Shown here piece by piece: positions 62,945 to 64,000 of a stretch of DNA of 64,000 nucleotides (within the stretch, counting starts at the first letter, position 1; the number at the start of each line of letters is the position of its first letter). The notes below the pieces were generated by a model. That model was not told the origin of the DNA. It did not search any database and was given only the letters and a program-made list of their open reading frames with translations. A program made the translations under genes and the position numbers. The stretch spans positions 10,106,001-10,170,000 of the forward strand of contig NC_043008.1 of NCBI RefSeq assembly GCF_006345805.1, read 5' to 3'. Origin of the DNA: Octopus sinensis (Eukaryota).

Positions 62945-63188
62945 TCGCCTGGCCCCCGTGCCAGTGGCATGTAAAAAGCACCATCCGACCGTGGCCGTTT
63001 GCCAGCCCCGTCTGGTACATAAAAAGCACCCACTACACTCACGGAGTGGTTGGCGTTAGGAAGGGCATCCAGCCGTAGAAACATTGCCAGATCAGACTGG
63101 GCCTGGTGCAGCCTCCTGGCTTCCCAGACCCCAGTTGAACTGTTCAACCCATGCTAGCATGGAAAGCGGACGCTAAATGATGATGATG
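62945..63188 (+). mobile_element. (GAT)n-tailed retroposon (an older partial copy runs 63770-64000)
   Basis: Family 3' half with GATGATGATG tail. Confidence 0.85.
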
Positions 63189-63416
63189 AAAATTTAATAA
63201 AATCTAATCATAAGTGAGTGAAATTATGCTAAATCCAACTAAATCGAAAACCTTTTTCCCCCTGGCTATATCGGCAATTCTGAAAACTTTTGGGTGCGAA
63301 TTTTACAGGAGCATAAGCTTTTTTTAACAATTTTTAACCTGAAAATCACCTTCGTAAATCACAGGTGCACAAATTACATGGCTTTTCACAGTATATATCT
63401 AAGAAACAAAAAGGAT

Positions 63417-63652
63417 AACATTATTTGCATTTGATGGATATTTGTCCTCATCTTGTTTGTTATTAACACAATGCTTCGGCTGATATACCCTCCAGTATTC
63501 GTCAGGTGTCTTGGGGGAAATCTCAAACCTGAGTTCTCATTCCTAAGGTTTTTTCCGATGTTATTATTACTATTATTCAGGTCACTGCCTGGAATCAAAC
63601 TCAGAATCTTGGGGTTAGTAACCCGCGCTCTTAACCACTACACCACATACCC
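63417..63652 (-). mobile_element. Monomer of the tRNA-headed hammerhead-bearing SINE
   Basis: Box A TGGTGTAGTGG (63635-45), box B-like GTTTGATTCC (63591-600), degenerate hammerhead at 63466-63509, tail ACAAACAAGATGAGGACAAATATCC; colinear with the 32.4-32.9-kb copies. Confidence 0.85.
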
Positions 63653-64000
63653 ATGTGATAACCTTTTACTTCTAAGGGACCTGAATACTAGTGGAGAGGT
63701 GGAGAATGGAAAGGAGTTGAATAAATGATACCTCCTCTAATGTCCCCTCTCCCCTCAAGATTTTTGGCAGGGCCACACAGTACCTTGCAAGACAGTGTAG
63801 GTGCCACACAAAAAGTATCCAGTCCACATTGTAAAGTAGTTGGCATTTGGAAGGGCATCCAACTGTAAAAACCTGGCCAAAATTGACCTCGCCTATGCTG
63901 GTGTCATGTAAAAAGCACTAAGTCCACTCTGCCAAGTGGCTGGTGTTAGGAAGGAGATCCAGTTGTAAAAACCATGCCAAAACAGACACAGACGTCTGGT

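Overview
AT-rich eukaryotic genomic DNA. The repeat families look like those of an octopod cephalopod (Octopus-like); this is recognised from memory, not from a database search. I can support two protein-coding genes, pointing away from each other. On the minus strand are the first two coding exons of a Kelch-repeat protein with an MGNNVS N-terminus (3293-3364 and 2147-2288). On the plus strand is an intronless 355-aa F-box/LRR-like CDS (55438-56505). The ~52 kb between them is a dense mosaic of tRNA-derived SINEs, RTE and CR1/L2 LINE relics, Helitron/Helentron-like elements, MITEs and microsatellites; most ORFs in the supplied track are microsatellite artefacts. The most striking unexplained signal is a set of Penelope-type minimal type-I hammerhead ribozymes spread over at least four unrelated repeat families. 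A catalytically intact pair sits in a 363-bp inverted repeat with no mismatch found by eye (53433-54414). A tRNA-headed SINE carries a hammerhead and inserted as a head-to-head dimer inside one 13-bp target-site duplication (32421-32946). A second SINE forms head-to-tail multimers with the same junction at two independent loci, which suggests a circular or rolling RNA template. All alignments, translations and folds were done by eye, so boundaries of degenerate repeats are approximate.
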